Assembly: GCA_038141425.1 (NCBI GenBank)
Contig: JAYQIC010000009.1
Span: 51,775 to 115,774 of the forward strand
DNA: 64,000 nt
Direction of reading: 5' to 3'
Source: Rhodospirillaceae bacterium
GTDB lineage: Bacteria; Pseudomonadota; Alphaproteobacteria; UBA7985
Shown here one piece after another: positions 22,675-37,773 of this stretch. Each line of letters opens with the position of its first letter. Position 1 is the first letter of the stretch. Below the pieces are notes generated by a model. That model was not told where the DNA came from. It saw only the letters and a program-made list of their open reading frames with translations, and searched no databases. The position numbers were made by a program, and so were the translations under genes.

Positions 22675-25600
22675 ATGACCAGTATGACGTTCGACATTCA
22701 TCGTGAAGCAGAGCCCCACACCGGTGGTTCGGCCTTCGAGCCCCTCACAGGTGCAGCTTCCAGAGTGAAGAAGAGCCTTCGCAGCCGCTCCGGTGGGCTG
22801 CTGACCTCAACCGCCCTGGTCAGCGTCGGTTTTGCGCTTGTTGCCGGTTCGGCGGCGGCGCAGGCGCCGGAGGGCTATGCCCCCGCACCCGCCGAGGTCG
22901 TGTCTTACGTCCAGCTGTCGAATGGCTCCGTGCTGGTGCAGCTGGCGAATAACCAGTCGCTGCTGGTGACCTCGAACAACTACTTCATCGACAACGCCGG
23001 CGTGCTCTACCTGAGCCCAAGCGTCGGTGGGAACATCGCCGGCGGTGCCGCGCCTGCGGCGCCTGCGCCGCTGGTCGGGGCCTTGCCGATGGCCAGCAAC
23101 CAGGCTCCACCCTCATCAACCGGCGTACTGTTTGATGATACGGCCGTGGCGGCCAACTCCGGCGGCATGATGTCAGCTGTGACCGGTGGTCCGGGCCTCT
23201 TCGGGTTGGGTACGCTGGGCACGATTGCAGCAGTCGCTGTAGGCACGGGCGCGCTGGTACTGGGCGTTAACGCCATTCGCAGCCGCCTCGAAGACGATGA
23301 CACCTCGAACACCGCAGCCGGCGTCACTGTTGTGGACGACGATATTGTCCGCGGTGAGACCGCTGGCTCCATCGCTTACACCATTGCGGACGCCGATGGC
23401 CTTGACCAGAGCGATCTGCAGACGGCGGTCGAGAACGCTGTAGGCGGCGCATCGACCGTGGCGTCGATTTTCCCGAACGGCGCGACGGTTGTGGTCGAAG
23501 GCGCAACTGACAGCCGTGTAGACGGCACCACCGACACTTACGCCAGCCTCGGTGTGACCGTGACCGGCGACATTGCCGCCGCGCTCAACGTCGGCAGTTT
23601 CCCGGGGCCTTCAGTGGCCTTCACCGATGCCAAGGGCAACGCTGAGAGCGTCAACTTTGCGCTCGATATCGCGGCCGAAGACGGCGGCTCGACCGGCTCG
23701 CTGGAGCTGGATCAGGCCGACGGCAGCACGCATGAGATCGCGCAGGGCGGTTCGAAGCTGTTCAGCGCAACCGACCCCGAGGGTGACACCATCACCTACG
23801 GCATCTCGAATAACCCAAGCGGTATCGGCATCGACAGCAACACCGGTCTGGTGGTCGTGGCCAGCTCCGGTTGCGACCGGCAGCTACACCATCACGGTGA
23901 CCGCATCCTCGACCGGCGCAGACGGCACCGCCGACACCGACACCGAGACCTATAACATCACGGTGACTGAAGGCGCAGGCGGGTCCGGCGGCTCTGGCGG
24001 CAACGTGATTAATGCGGACTTTGACTCTGCAAGTGCTGGCTTCAATACGCTAACTGGCATCAACACGACTGATGGGGACAGGGCAGATAGCGGCGACAAC
24101 GAGTTTGAAGTCGTAGCAGCGTCGCACCTGGCAAACTCGTTCATCATGGATGGTCTGGCCGGTGATGACACCGTCTACTTCTGAGGCAGGGGGCGACCTA
24201 TCATCTCGATCCAACCTGGGATAATGGCTTCGAAGACGTTTCAGGCTTCGAAACACTCGCGCTTTTGTCTGGGGTAAACCTAGAGATTAATGGTGGTGTC
24301 TTGGACAGCGAAAGCACTGGCGATATCGAACATATTCAAGGTTCTGGTGACAACATCATTACCTTGGTCAATAGACCTGCTGAGATGGGCCTCGATGTTG
24401 CAGTTACGAATGTCGATACGATCGACCTGAACGGCTACGATCTTACCATCGACCACTCGGACCTCAGCCAGATCGATAAGCTTGTTGGTGACGGCGTATC
24501 TACTCTGATCTTTTCTGGTCAATTCACTTACGACTTCGCAGAGAGCCTGATTGAAACCCAAGGAATCACGCGCATTGGCCTTGATGGTGGCAACTACAGC
24601 TATGTCCTGACTCTTGATGGCATTAATGATGAGGACGTCCGTGAGATTTCTGCGGATACTGTTGCAGAAATTGAGGGCGATGTGGTTCTCGATACCCGCG
24701 AGAATTCGAAGATCACGCTTATTGATCTCGCCGGCGATGAAAACACGACGGGCGGATTGTCAGGTGACTCCAATATCTTCGTTACCTATGACGACGAATT
24801 AACAATCCTTGGCGGCTCCAACGACGATGACGTCGATATGATGCTGGAATCGATGTCGATTCCGGGGAGTTCCTGTTTGATGGCGGTGCCGATGGTGAAG
24901 ACACGCTCAACGTCAATTTGAACGGTGAAGATCTCAAAACCCTCGGGCGTGGGCGATCAATCAACAATGTCGAATTTGTTGATGTTGATGCCCCTGATGG
25001 AGATGGTGAAGCCCACCTCGAGTTCTGGGGCAATAGCGTTAACAATTCGGCTTTAAGGGTCGCCGACATGAGCGACGTTAAGGACGAGGCGACCATTGTT
25101 CTGACCGGTGATCTCTCAAATGAGGCTGGTTATCGCGCCGGTACCATCAATAGCGAGGCTGTGGCTGCAGTGGTCGCTGGCGTTGCGGGTACATCCCCAG
25201 TGGGCGATATTGCCCGGGTCGGTCGCTCCTCGTCTGACGCACCCTTGGCGGCCTTTGATGCTGGTGACACCGCAAGCGCCGAGTTTGTGACCGCTGTTGT
25301 GGCACCCATCTACGACGGTGCCATCAATATAATTGAAGGCAGCGGTGGCCAAGGGAGCTAGTTTTGTTCAAGCAAGCATCATCGTCGACGGGTGGGTGTC
25401 TGAGCGCGATACAGAAGTATCAATGACAGAAGCTGATGATACGATCACCCTGACAGTGGGTGAAACTGAGCTGGATCTGATTATTGATGATGCGGCTGAT
25501 ATGGCAGGTTGGGCGTCAACTTCAGGTGAACTAATTGATGCTTTTGGCGCCGGTGCAGATGCTGACTATGGGGTCAATGCTAACCGGTCTTATGCATATC

Positions 25601-26297
25601 TCGGCGATGGTAGTGCACTATCAGATAACAACGCCGTTGCGATTAGCAGTCTCCTAGTGGCGTCTGCGACCGCAGCGCCTACAGGAGCCGCTTCGGCGGC
25701 GGGGCCAACCATATCATTGGCGTGCGCTCCGTTGAGGACGGTAATGCAGAAGGCGCAGGTGCTGTGACGATTGCCCTAGGTGGTGGCGATGATGAAGTCG
25801 ACTTGACCCTTGGCGGGGCTCAGACAGCAGAAGTCAGCATTGAGTTTTCAAGGGCTCCGACGGACGATATCAACACGATTACTATCAGTAACCTCGAAGA
25901 TTTCGGTGGTGCAGTTGCCGGAGCGGCAGCAACTGAGACGAGCGGTGTAAGATTCGATTTCGCTGATGACGTCCTTGGGCCAATTGTTGATGCAGGTACT
26001 GTAGCAGGCGTTGCGGCCGTCTCAGAAGCGGCGGTTTCTCAGCACCAATCGGTCATTGTCTTCAATGGTCTCGTACAGCGAGGAATCATCTACGATCATG
26101 ACGGTGATGGCACGCTGTCTGATGGGGATACGCTCGTAGACCTTACCCAGGCATCTGGGGGTGTGGCTTCAACTGCTATTGATGCTGCAGTCACCTCTTT
26201 TGGCGTGAATGCGGCAGGCGAACTTACCTTCATGTCCACAGATGGAGACATCTGGAACTTCCAGTTGGACAACGGTGATCTCGCAGATCTTGGGTAG
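22675..26297 (+). CDS. Large acidic surface/adhesin-like protein, paralog 2 (multiple frameshifts)
   Basis: Colinear with paralog 1: VVSYVQLSNGSVLVQLAN, GGPGLFGLGTLGTIAAV, LELDQADGSTHEIAQG, LEINGGVLDSESTGDIEH, IYDHDGDGTLSDGDTLVDLT; ACGGAG RBS. Confidence 0.75.
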
Positions 26298-26370
26298 TTG
26301 TTTTCAAATAGCGTAAAGGATTTTCTGCGCCTGGTGCAGTAACAGGTTTGCCGAAGCGTGTGTCCGTAAG

Positions 26371-26406
26371 AACCCAGGGTCAATTCGTTGCCCTGGGTTT
26401 TTCTTT
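26371..26406 (+). terminator. Rho-independent terminator after paralog 2
   Basis: AACCCAGGG…CCCTGGGTT followed by TTTCTTT. Confidence 0.8.
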
Positions 26407-26505
26407 GGCAGCAGTAGGACCTTGGTTACTAACTAGACACCACTGGTGACCGGATAGTGCGATACGCCGCGCAAACAAACTACGAGACGCTGTGCTCCAA
26501 AAGGC

Positions 26506-26534
26506 TTCACACAACTCAAATCACACGTTATTAT
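26506..26534 (+). promoter_or_regulatory. Sigma70-type promoter of the candidate sRNA
   Basis: TTCACA (26506-26511)-N17-TATTAT (26529-26534). Confidence 0.6.
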
Positions 26535-26540
26535 GCGACT

Positions 26541-26633
26541 AACTTATGCACCTTATGGCCGTTGGGCAGTGCATAAGCTCCTTTCCATATTGATACTGGG
26601 TCCGGTGCAGACGCGCTTCGGACCCATTTTTTT
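26541..26633 (+). ncRNA. Candidate trans-acting small RNA (about 93 nt)
   Basis: Own promoter; 9-bp stem CTTATGCAC/GTGCATAAG; unpaired anti-SD-like CTCCTTTCC; terminator TGGGTCCG/CGGACCCA + T7; no ORF in the track. Confidence 0.65.
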
Positions 26634-26721
26634 GCTCTCTGACCGGAATTACCGGCAGGAGGGTGAAAGCGCGGGGAAAACGGTCTAGGCTGTTTTCTCA
26701 TCACTGACGGTATGAAGACCG

Positions 26722-27537
26722 ATGACTGACAAGAGCTCTGCTTCGCCCAAGCCTGCTAGCGGGCCCGGACCCTCGGGCACGATGACCGCGGATGCCATGG
26801 CCCGCCACATCGCCCACGAGCACGGCCGCAGCCCTTTCTCCGACAATCTCAAGGAGATCGTTTACGGTGGCCTCGATGGCATCATCACCACCTTTGCCGT
26901 CGTTTCCGGCTTTTCCGGCGCGGCGCTGCTGGGGGCAGGGGGCAACGGTGAGGTCTACGCCATCACGCTGGTGCTGCTGTTCGGCCTTGCCAATCTGCTC
27001 GCCGACGGGGTCTCTATGGGGTTGGGCGATTTCCTTTCAACCCGGTCGGAGCAGGCGCGCTGGAACCGCGAACGCGCGGTCGAGATTCACGAAATCTCCC
27101 ACAACCCCGACCAGGAGTACGAGGAAACCGTGCACCTGCTTGCAGAACAGGGGCTGAGCGCGGAGGACGCGCGCACGGTCGCCGATATCTATCGCCGGTA
27201 TCCAGAGCTCTGGGCCGACTGGATGATGGAGCACGAGCTGCAGATGGAGGATATGAGCACGGCAACCCCGGCGAAGGACGGCTTTGTCACCTTCACCAGT
27301 TTCCTCGTGTTCGGCGTGATCCCGTTGCTGCCCTATCTGGCATTTTGGGGGCGGGATATCAGCTCGGACACGCTGTTTATCCTCGCTTCAACCGCAACCG
27401 TGATCGCCTTGCTGGCGCTGGGTCTGGCACGCTCGATCGTCACGCGGGAGAACCGCTGGCGCGCGATGCTGGAAGTGCTGGGTGTTGGCGTTATTGCCGC
27501 CGGTATCGCCTTTGGCGTCGGCGTGCTGCTGGGTTGA
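26722..27537 (+). CDS. VIT1/CCC1 family Fe/Mn transporter
   Basis: KEIVYGGLDGIITTFAVV, GLANLLADGVSMGLGDFLS, MMEHEL, FGVIPLLPY. Confidence 0.92.
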   Translation: MTDKSSASPKPASGPGPSGTMTADAMARHIAHEHGRSPFSDNLKEIVYGGLDGIITTFAVVSGFSGAALLGAGGNGEVYAITLVLLFGLANLLADGVSMGLGDFLSTRSEQARWNRERAVEIHEISHNPDQEYEETVHLLAEQGLSAEDARTVADIYRRYPELWADWMMEHELQMEDMSTATPAKDGFVTFTSFLVFGVIPLLPYLAFWGRDISSDTLFILASTATVIALLALGLARSIVTRENRWRAMLEVLGVGVIAAGIAFGVGVLLG

Positions 27538-27558
27538 GCCTCGCCATAGGAGCTTCGC

Positions 27559-31062
<3,504 letters not shown>

Positions 31063-31118
31063 CGGGGAGCTTATGCGATTGCCTGAAGGGGTCAAAAGTC
31101 CCACTACCAGACCGGCTG

Positions 31119-32030
31119 TCAGCCTCGCTGGCGTGGCAGAATCGCGCCGTGGCCACCGATAACCCGGCTGGCCATGGCATGTCCGGCGGACAGGCAGGCG
31201 GCTTCCCCTGGCCCTCGAGCAAGGCAGCCAGATAGGCGCCATTGAAGCTGTCGCCCGCCGCCGTGGTGTCGACCACGCGGGTGGCTGCAGGAAGGCAGGG
31301 TGCTCTGCGGCGGTCAGGGCCGGTGACAGCGGCCCGCGCTCACCACGCTTGATCGCGCAAGCCGTCCAGCGTCGACCGGCAAAGCGGTCGATCACCGCCT
31401 CTTCACTGGTGTCCGCAAAGAGCGTCATTTCATCATCGATCGAGGGCAGGGCGATGTCAGCAATCTCCCACATGCGCTCGATACAGTCGCGGGCCACCGC
31501 GGCGCTTTCCCACAGCGATGGGCGGTAGTTGGGGTCAAAGGCGATCAGGCCCTGTTGATGCTTGCTGCGGTGCCGGAGGTGCGCCATCAGCCGCGTGCGT
31601 GCGTCGGGCGAGAGAATGGCGAGGGTAATGCCCGAAAGATAGGTGATTGCAGCGGGGGGGCAGGCTCACTTCCACGCTCGGCGCAGCGAACATTTGGCGT
31701 GCGGCCGAAGCCGAGCGCCAATACGAAAAGCTGCGTTCGCCCTGCGCGTCGGTTGCCCACTGCGTAGACGCCGATGTTTCTGGCCGGATCGGTCTGCGCG
31801 TGGCTCAGATCGATACCTCATCGGTTGCAGCCCGCCGGAAGGCCTGCGACAGCGGATCGGTGCCGACGGCGGTCAGGTAGGAGACGGCATCCGCCGCCGC
31901 GCCGTGGGCACGGGCGAAATAGACGGCCGTGTTGTAGGTGTCGCCCGCGAAGCCCACCGCGAAGCCTGCCCGCCTGATCCTGACGAATTTCGGCCATGAC
32001 TTCACCGATGGCGAGCAGCTTGTGGGTCAT
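31119..32030 (-). CDS. kdgK: PfkB sugar kinase, 2-keto-3-deoxygluconate kinase-like (several frameshifts)
   Basis: LAIGEVMAEI, FAGDTYNTAVY, AFDPNYRPSLW, VDTTAAGDSFNGAYL spread over successive frames. Confidence 0.8.
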
Positions 32031-32190
32031 TGTCCCGGGTCCTTTTTGTGCAGATGGATCTCAGTTCATCGGTTCTTGTACCACAAACTCAAAGCCTGAA
32101 GCCAGCGGCCTTTCCAGGGGTGTGGAACCGGGCGTGTGAGTATTCTTACCTCGGGTTCTGTAGCCTGGTATTCTGTGTCATAGCTGACCG

Positions 32191-33625
32191 ATGAGCCAGC
32201 CACGCCAGCCCCGACGAGAGCAAGCCCGTTCCCGGACCGCCGTTGTCCACCTCGGGCTCGGTGCCTTCTTCCGTGCGCGCCGTGGTGCCCGCTGCTGCAG
32301 GCGGCCGTTTCCGGGGTGGGCGAAGCAGCCGGAGACTGGGCTGTGGTCGGCGTATCGCTGCGGTCATCGGCTGTTCGTGACGTTCTGGCGGCACAGGACT
32401 TCGTCTACACCACCGTCGCGATGGCACCGGCGGGCATGGAAGCGCCGCAGAAGATCGAGATCATCAGCGACGTGCTGGTCGCCCCTGAAGATCCCTGGCG
32501 GTGCTGGCGGCCATGGCTGACCCGGCCGTTCGTCTCGTCACCCTGACGGTCACGGAAAAAGGGATACTGCCGCGGCGCCGGTGATCAACCGCTCGACCTC
32601 GATCATCCGGATGTCGGGCACGACCTGAGCCGCGACGGTGTGGCCTCTGACAGCCGACCCCGCGCCGCACCGCGTACCGCACCCGGCTTCATCGTGCAGG
32701 CGCTGGCCCGGCGGCGGATCAGGGGGATCGCGCCTTTCACTTTGCTGTCGCTGGACAACCTGCCCGGCAATGGCCGGGTGCTGCGCGCAGCCGTGCTCGC
32801 GATGGCTGAGCGCCTCGATCGGCTTAGCCGACTGGATCGCCCGTGAGGTGCGCTTTCCCTGCTCCATGGTCGACCGCATCGTTCCGCGACGACCCCGGAT
32901 CTGGTCGCGCAGGTGGAGGCAGCAACCGGCATGCGTGACGAGGCCGTCGTCGCGCACGAGCCCTTCTTCCAGTGGGTGCTTGAGGACGATTTCGGCGAGG
33001 GCCCGAGACCGGCGTTTGAGGACGCGGGGGTGCAGCTGGTGGCGGATGTCGAGCCCTTCGAGCGCATGAAGCTGCGGATGTTGAACGGCACGCACACGGC
33101 GCTGGCCTATATCGGCACGCACGCAGGACACGAAACTGTCGCGGAGGCTATGGCTGATCCAGCTGTCTGCGTGCATCGAAGCACTGTGGTCACGGGAACT
33201 GGCGCCCTCGCTCATCGCTCCGCCCGTGACCGACCTCGACGCTTATGCCCAAGTGCTGAAGGCCAGATACCAGAACCCCAATATCCGTCACCGTCTGGAC
33301 CAGATTGCGATGGATGGCAGCCAGAAGCTGCCGCCGCGCATCCTCGATCCCTTGTTCGAAAATCTCGGTGCCGGGCGCTCGATCGACGGTCTGCTCGATG
33401 TCGTGGCCGCTTGGATGCGGTTCGTTGAGCGCGCGGCGACTCAGCAAAAGACCGCTGGCCGATCCGCTGGCAGACAGCCTGCTTACTGCGGCCCGTGACG
33501 CTGGCGGGAGGGCTGAAGCTCTGGTTGCCGGCCTGCTGGCCATCGAGCCGATCTTCGCAGCTTACCGGGTCGATGCCATCTCCGCTGCCCTGATCGAGCG
33601 CCTGACACGAGACCGTCCAAATTAA
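32191..33625 (+). CDS. uxuB: Mannitol dehydrogenase family, D-mannonate oxidoreductase-like (heavily frameshifted)
   Basis: VHLGLGAFFRA, TLTVTEKGY, LSLDNLPGNG, FPCSMVDRIVP, EPFFQWVLED, KLRMLNGTH, QIAMDGSQKLP. Confidence 0.8.
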
Positions 33626-33739
33626 TCGAGCCCCGGCGTCGGTCTGACAACACTTCGTCGCATCCGTGCTGGATGGCCCCCGGTTGTGCCCACACCCTCA
33701 AGCCACGCTCACAACACCAGCTTTCATCGGGAGATAAAC

Positions 33740-34453
33740 GTGTTTAACCCCACTCAGCAGGACGTGGATCACTATTTCGAACGCGGCTACGCCATCCTTC
33801 CTGAAGCACTGAATGGCGACGAATTGGCGGTGCTGTCCTCAGTCTGCGATGAGCTGCTGCAGGAGCCGCCGGACGATGATCAGGGCGGCAAAGCCCACGA
33901 TATCGGCAAGGGGGCAGGACCGGCGTTTTCTCCGCCACCGGCATCAGGACAAGGCCGCGCTGTCCGACTTTGTGCTCGGTCAGGGCATGCGGACGATGAT
34001 TTCACCGTTCATCGGCGCGACACCGCATCTGTTCAACGAACAATTCGTGGTCAAAGGGCCCAAAACCGGGGCTGCCTTCGCGTGGCATCAGGACAGCGGC
34101 TACGTCGGCTTCGACCACGCGCCGTACCTGTCGGTCTGGATCGCTGTCGACGACACCACCGCTGAAAATGGACCGGTGTTTGTGTTGCCGCGCAACCTGC
34201 GAGAGGATACTTCGATCGAGGATCATCAGTGGGACGCCGAGGGCAAGGAGATGGTGGGCTACCGGGGCAGTGATCCGGGGTTGCGGCCATTGTCCCGGCA
34301 GGGTCGGTGGTGCTGTTCTCATCGGTGACGCTGCACCGGTCCTCCCCCAACACCACGGACCACCCGCGCCGGGCCTATCTGGCACAGTTTTCCGGGGCGC
34401 CATTGCTCGACCCCGCGACCGGGGCGCCCAAGACCTTCGCCGTACCGCTCTGA
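33740..34453 (+). CDS. Phytanoyl-CoA dioxygenase (PhyH) family Fe(II)/2-oxoglutarate oxygenase (frameshifted)
   Basis: YFERGYAIL, NEQFVVK, FAWHQDSGY (HxD), WIAVDDTTAENG, TLHRSSPN…RRAYLAQF. Confidence 0.8.
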
Positions 34454-34541
34454 CCGCTCGGCAGGCGATGGGGATTGCGGTTGAGGCTTTGGCCTCGGGG
34501 GCTATAGTGAACCGGCTGAGACCCACAGGAGCCGCCGCGCC

Positions 34542-35645
34542 ATGACGCAGGCTGAACGCCCGTCTGAAGCCCCCTCAACGTCGCGCTGATCGGCGTTGGG
34601 ATGGTGGCAAAAACCCACCTCCGCGCCGTGCGTGATCTGGCGCCGCTGGTGCGGTTACGCGGTGTCCTCGCCACCACGCCCGAGCGGGCGCAGGCCTTTG
34701 CCGATACCGCCGCGCGCGAGGAAGGCGTCGGCGCTGTGGTGGCTGACCCCGATCTGGAAGCCCTGATCGCCGTCGCGGCGCTGGATTTCGCGATTGTGCT
34801 GACCCCGCCCAATGCCCGTCAGGCCATCGTCGAGGGCCTGTGCGCCGCCCGGATGCCGATCCTGATGGAGAAGCCGGTCGAGCGTGATCTGGCCCGGGCA
34901 ACGGCGCTGGTCGAGACCTGCGAGCGGGCCGCGAACCCGCTGGGTATTGTGTTTCAGCATCGCTTTCGTTCGGTCTCCGAACAACTCGCCACGCTGCTGC
35001 AAGACGGCGCGCTGGGCGCGGTGGGTTTGGTCGAAGTCAGCGTGCCCTGGTGGCGGGAGCAGGCTTACTACGACGAACCGGGGCGGGGGACTTTCGCCCG
35101 TGACGGCGGCGGTGTGCTGATCTCGCAGGCGATCCACAGCCTCGATCTGATGCTGTCGCTGGTCGGCGACGTGTCCCGGGTTCAGGCGATGGCGGTGCGG
35201 ACCCGGTTCCACGATATGGAAGCCGAGGACTTTGTCAGCGCCGGTCTGACCTTCGTCAGCGGGGCCGTCGGCTCTCTGCAGGCCTCGACGGCTCAATACC
35301 CCCCGGCGGTGCCGAGTTTATCATCGTCCACGGCGACAAGGGTGTGGCCCGGCTGGGCGCGGGGCAGCTCGCGCTGGACTGGCGCGATGGCCGTGGCAAG
35401 GAGATCGTGGGCGAGGCCGGGAGCACCCGGCGGCGCCGACCCCATGGCCTTCACCCACGCCCTGGCACCAATCGGTGATCGAAGATTTTGCGCTGGCGTT
35501 GCAGCAGGGCCGGGCGCCGCGCGTGACCGGCCGCGAAGCGCTGCGCGTGCACCGGCTGATCGACGCGCTGATTGCCTCCTCTGGTGCGGGTCGCGCCGTC
35601 GACCTGAACCTCGACCTCGACCTCGACCTCGCATCCCCTGACTGA
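34542..35645 (+). CDS. Gfo/Idh/MocA oxidoreductase 1 (frameshifted)
   Basis: VALIGVGMVA, LTPPNAR, MEKPV, DGGGVLISQAIHSLD. Confidence 0.85.
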
Positions 35646-35666
35646 AGACCTGAAAGCCTGCCTGTC

Positions 35667-36715
35667 ATGACAGACAAACTCCGCGTTGCCGCGATCGGCC
35701 TCGACCACCGCCACATTTACGGACAGGTGGGCTCCATGCTCGGCGTGGGTGCCGAGCTGGTCGGTTACTGGACAGAGGGCGAGCCCCAGCCGCTGGCGGG
35801 CTTCCAGAAGCGGTTTCCGGAGGCTCGCCGATTTGCCGACCGCCGGGCGCTGCTCGAAGACCCCAGCGTCGATCTGGTGCTGATCGCCGCCATCCCCGCC
35901 GACCGCGCGGCACTGGCGATCGAAGCCATGCGACACGGCAAGGACGTGATGACAGACAAGCCCGGCTGCACCACGCTGGAACAGCTGGCGCAACTGCGCG
36001 CGACCGTGGCCGAGACCGGGCGGATCTGGTCGGTCGACTTCTCCGAGCGGTTTGAGGTGGCATCGGTGACCAGAGCCGCAGAACTGGTGCAGGCCGGGGC
36101 CATCGGACGGGTGGTTCAGACCGTGGGCTGGGCCGCATCGGCTCAACCGTGAGACCCGGCCGTGGTGGTTCTGGGACCGCGCGCAGTATGGCGGGTTCTG
36201 ACTGATATTGCCTCCCACCAGATCGACCAGTTTCTGTATTTCACCGGCTCTGCGGATGCGGAAATTGCCCATGCCTCGGTAGCGAACTTCGCCAACCCGG
36301 ATGATCCCGGGCTGCAGGATTTTGGCGAGATCGTGCTGCGTTCGGATCAGGGTCACGGATATATCCGGGTCGACTGGTACACGCCCGATGCCCTGCCGAC
36401 CTGGGGCGATGGCCGGCTGACCATTCTGGGCACCGAGGGCACCATCGAAATCCGCAAATACGTCGACGTTGCCGGGGCTGACGGCATCGACCATCTGTAT
36501 CTGGTCAACGCCACCCGCTGCGAGAAGATCGATTGCAGCGACGCGGGCTATCCCTACTTCGCGCGGCTGGCCGCCGACGTGCGCGACCGGACGGAAACCG
36601 CGATGAGTCAGGCGCACTGTTTCAAAGTCTGTGAACTGGGATTGATGGCGCAGGCCATGGCCGACAAGGACGCTGCCGCGTGTTACGCCGGGGCGGCGGG
36701 GGTCAGACCGCATGA
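35667..36715 (+). CDS. Gfo/Idh/MocA oxidoreductase 2 (frameshifted; end approximate)
   Basis: AIGLDHRHIY, KDVMTDKPG, DIASHQIDQFL, RVDWYTPDALPTWGDGRL. Confidence 0.82.
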
Positions 36716-37769
36716 CCCGGCGCGTTGCCATTGCCGGGGCCGGCATCGGTCGTGAGCACCTCCATGCCTATCAGAACCTGCCCGAGCGTTTCGAGGTTGC
36801 GGTGGTCTGTGACCGCGACGAAGCGCGCGCCAGGACATCGCCGCAGGCGCTGGGATTGCCACGGCCGGGGCGGTCGAAGAGGTGTTGGCCGACGACAGCA
36901 TCGACGTGATTGACGTCTGCCTGCCGCCGTTTCTGCATCTGCCGGTTTCGGTGCAGGCCTTAGAAGGCGGGCAAGCACGTGGTCTGCGAGAAACCCATGG
37001 TGACCAGCCTGCGCGAGGCGGACCAGCTGGCCGCCGCAATCGCCGCCAGTGGCAGGGTCTTCAGCCCGGTGTTTCAGTACCGTTTTGGCCCCGGGATGGC
37101 CAAGCTGCAGGCCTTGATCAACGCCGGTCTGGCGGGCAAGCCACTGGTCGCCAGCATCGAAACTCACTGGAATCGCGACGCGGCACCTACGCCAACCCGT
37201 GGCGCGGGACGTGGAAGGGCGAGCAGGGCGGGGCCGTGCTCGGGCACGCCATCCATGCACACGATTTTCTGTGCGCCGTATTCGGGCCGGTCGCGCGCCT
37301 CTCGGCCTTCACGGGCACCCGTGTGAACCCGATCCAGACCGAGGATTGCGCCTCGATCTCAATGCAGATGGAGAGCGGCGCTTTGGCGACCTCGTCCATC
37401 ACGCTGGGCGCAAACGACGACACCAGCCGCTATCGCTTTGTGTTTGAAAACCTAACGGCCGAAAGCGGGCTGCTGCCTACGCCCCGGCCAGCGATGGCTG
37501 GACCTTCAGCGCGCGCGGGGCGACGACGCAGGAACAGGTGCTTGCCGTGCTGCACCGACGTGCCCCCGGTGCGGCAGGGTTTCGAGGGCTTTCTGGAGGC
37601 CTTCGACGACGACATCGAGGGCAAGCGGAACCGTGCCGTGACCTTCGAAGACGGGCGCCGGTCGCTGGAGCTGGTGACGGCAATCTATCAGTCGGCCCGC
37701 TTGGGCGAGGTCGTCGACCTGCCGCTGACCGACAGCCCGCTCTATGACAGCTGGATGCCAGCGGGGTGA
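36712..37769 (+). CDS. Gfo/Idh/MocA oxidoreductase 3 (frameshifted)
   Basis: [42 protein letters not shown]. Confidence 0.82.
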
Positions 37770-37773
37770 GCGC

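Noticed and set aside
26634-26721. Mn-sensing yybP-ykoY riboswitch upstream of the VIT1 gene
   Set aside because: I could not find the expected conserved elements; a cmscan would be decisive.
32040-32190. GntR/UxuR-type operator between kdgK and uxuB (TTGTACCACAA, CTGGTATT)
   Set aside because: Only partial symmetry and no cognate regulator in the window.
35607-35630. Short (GACCTC)n repeat at the end of Gfo/Idh/MocA gene 1
   Set aside because: Only 3-4 in-frame units encoding an LDLDLDL tail; no spacers, so not CRISPR-like.
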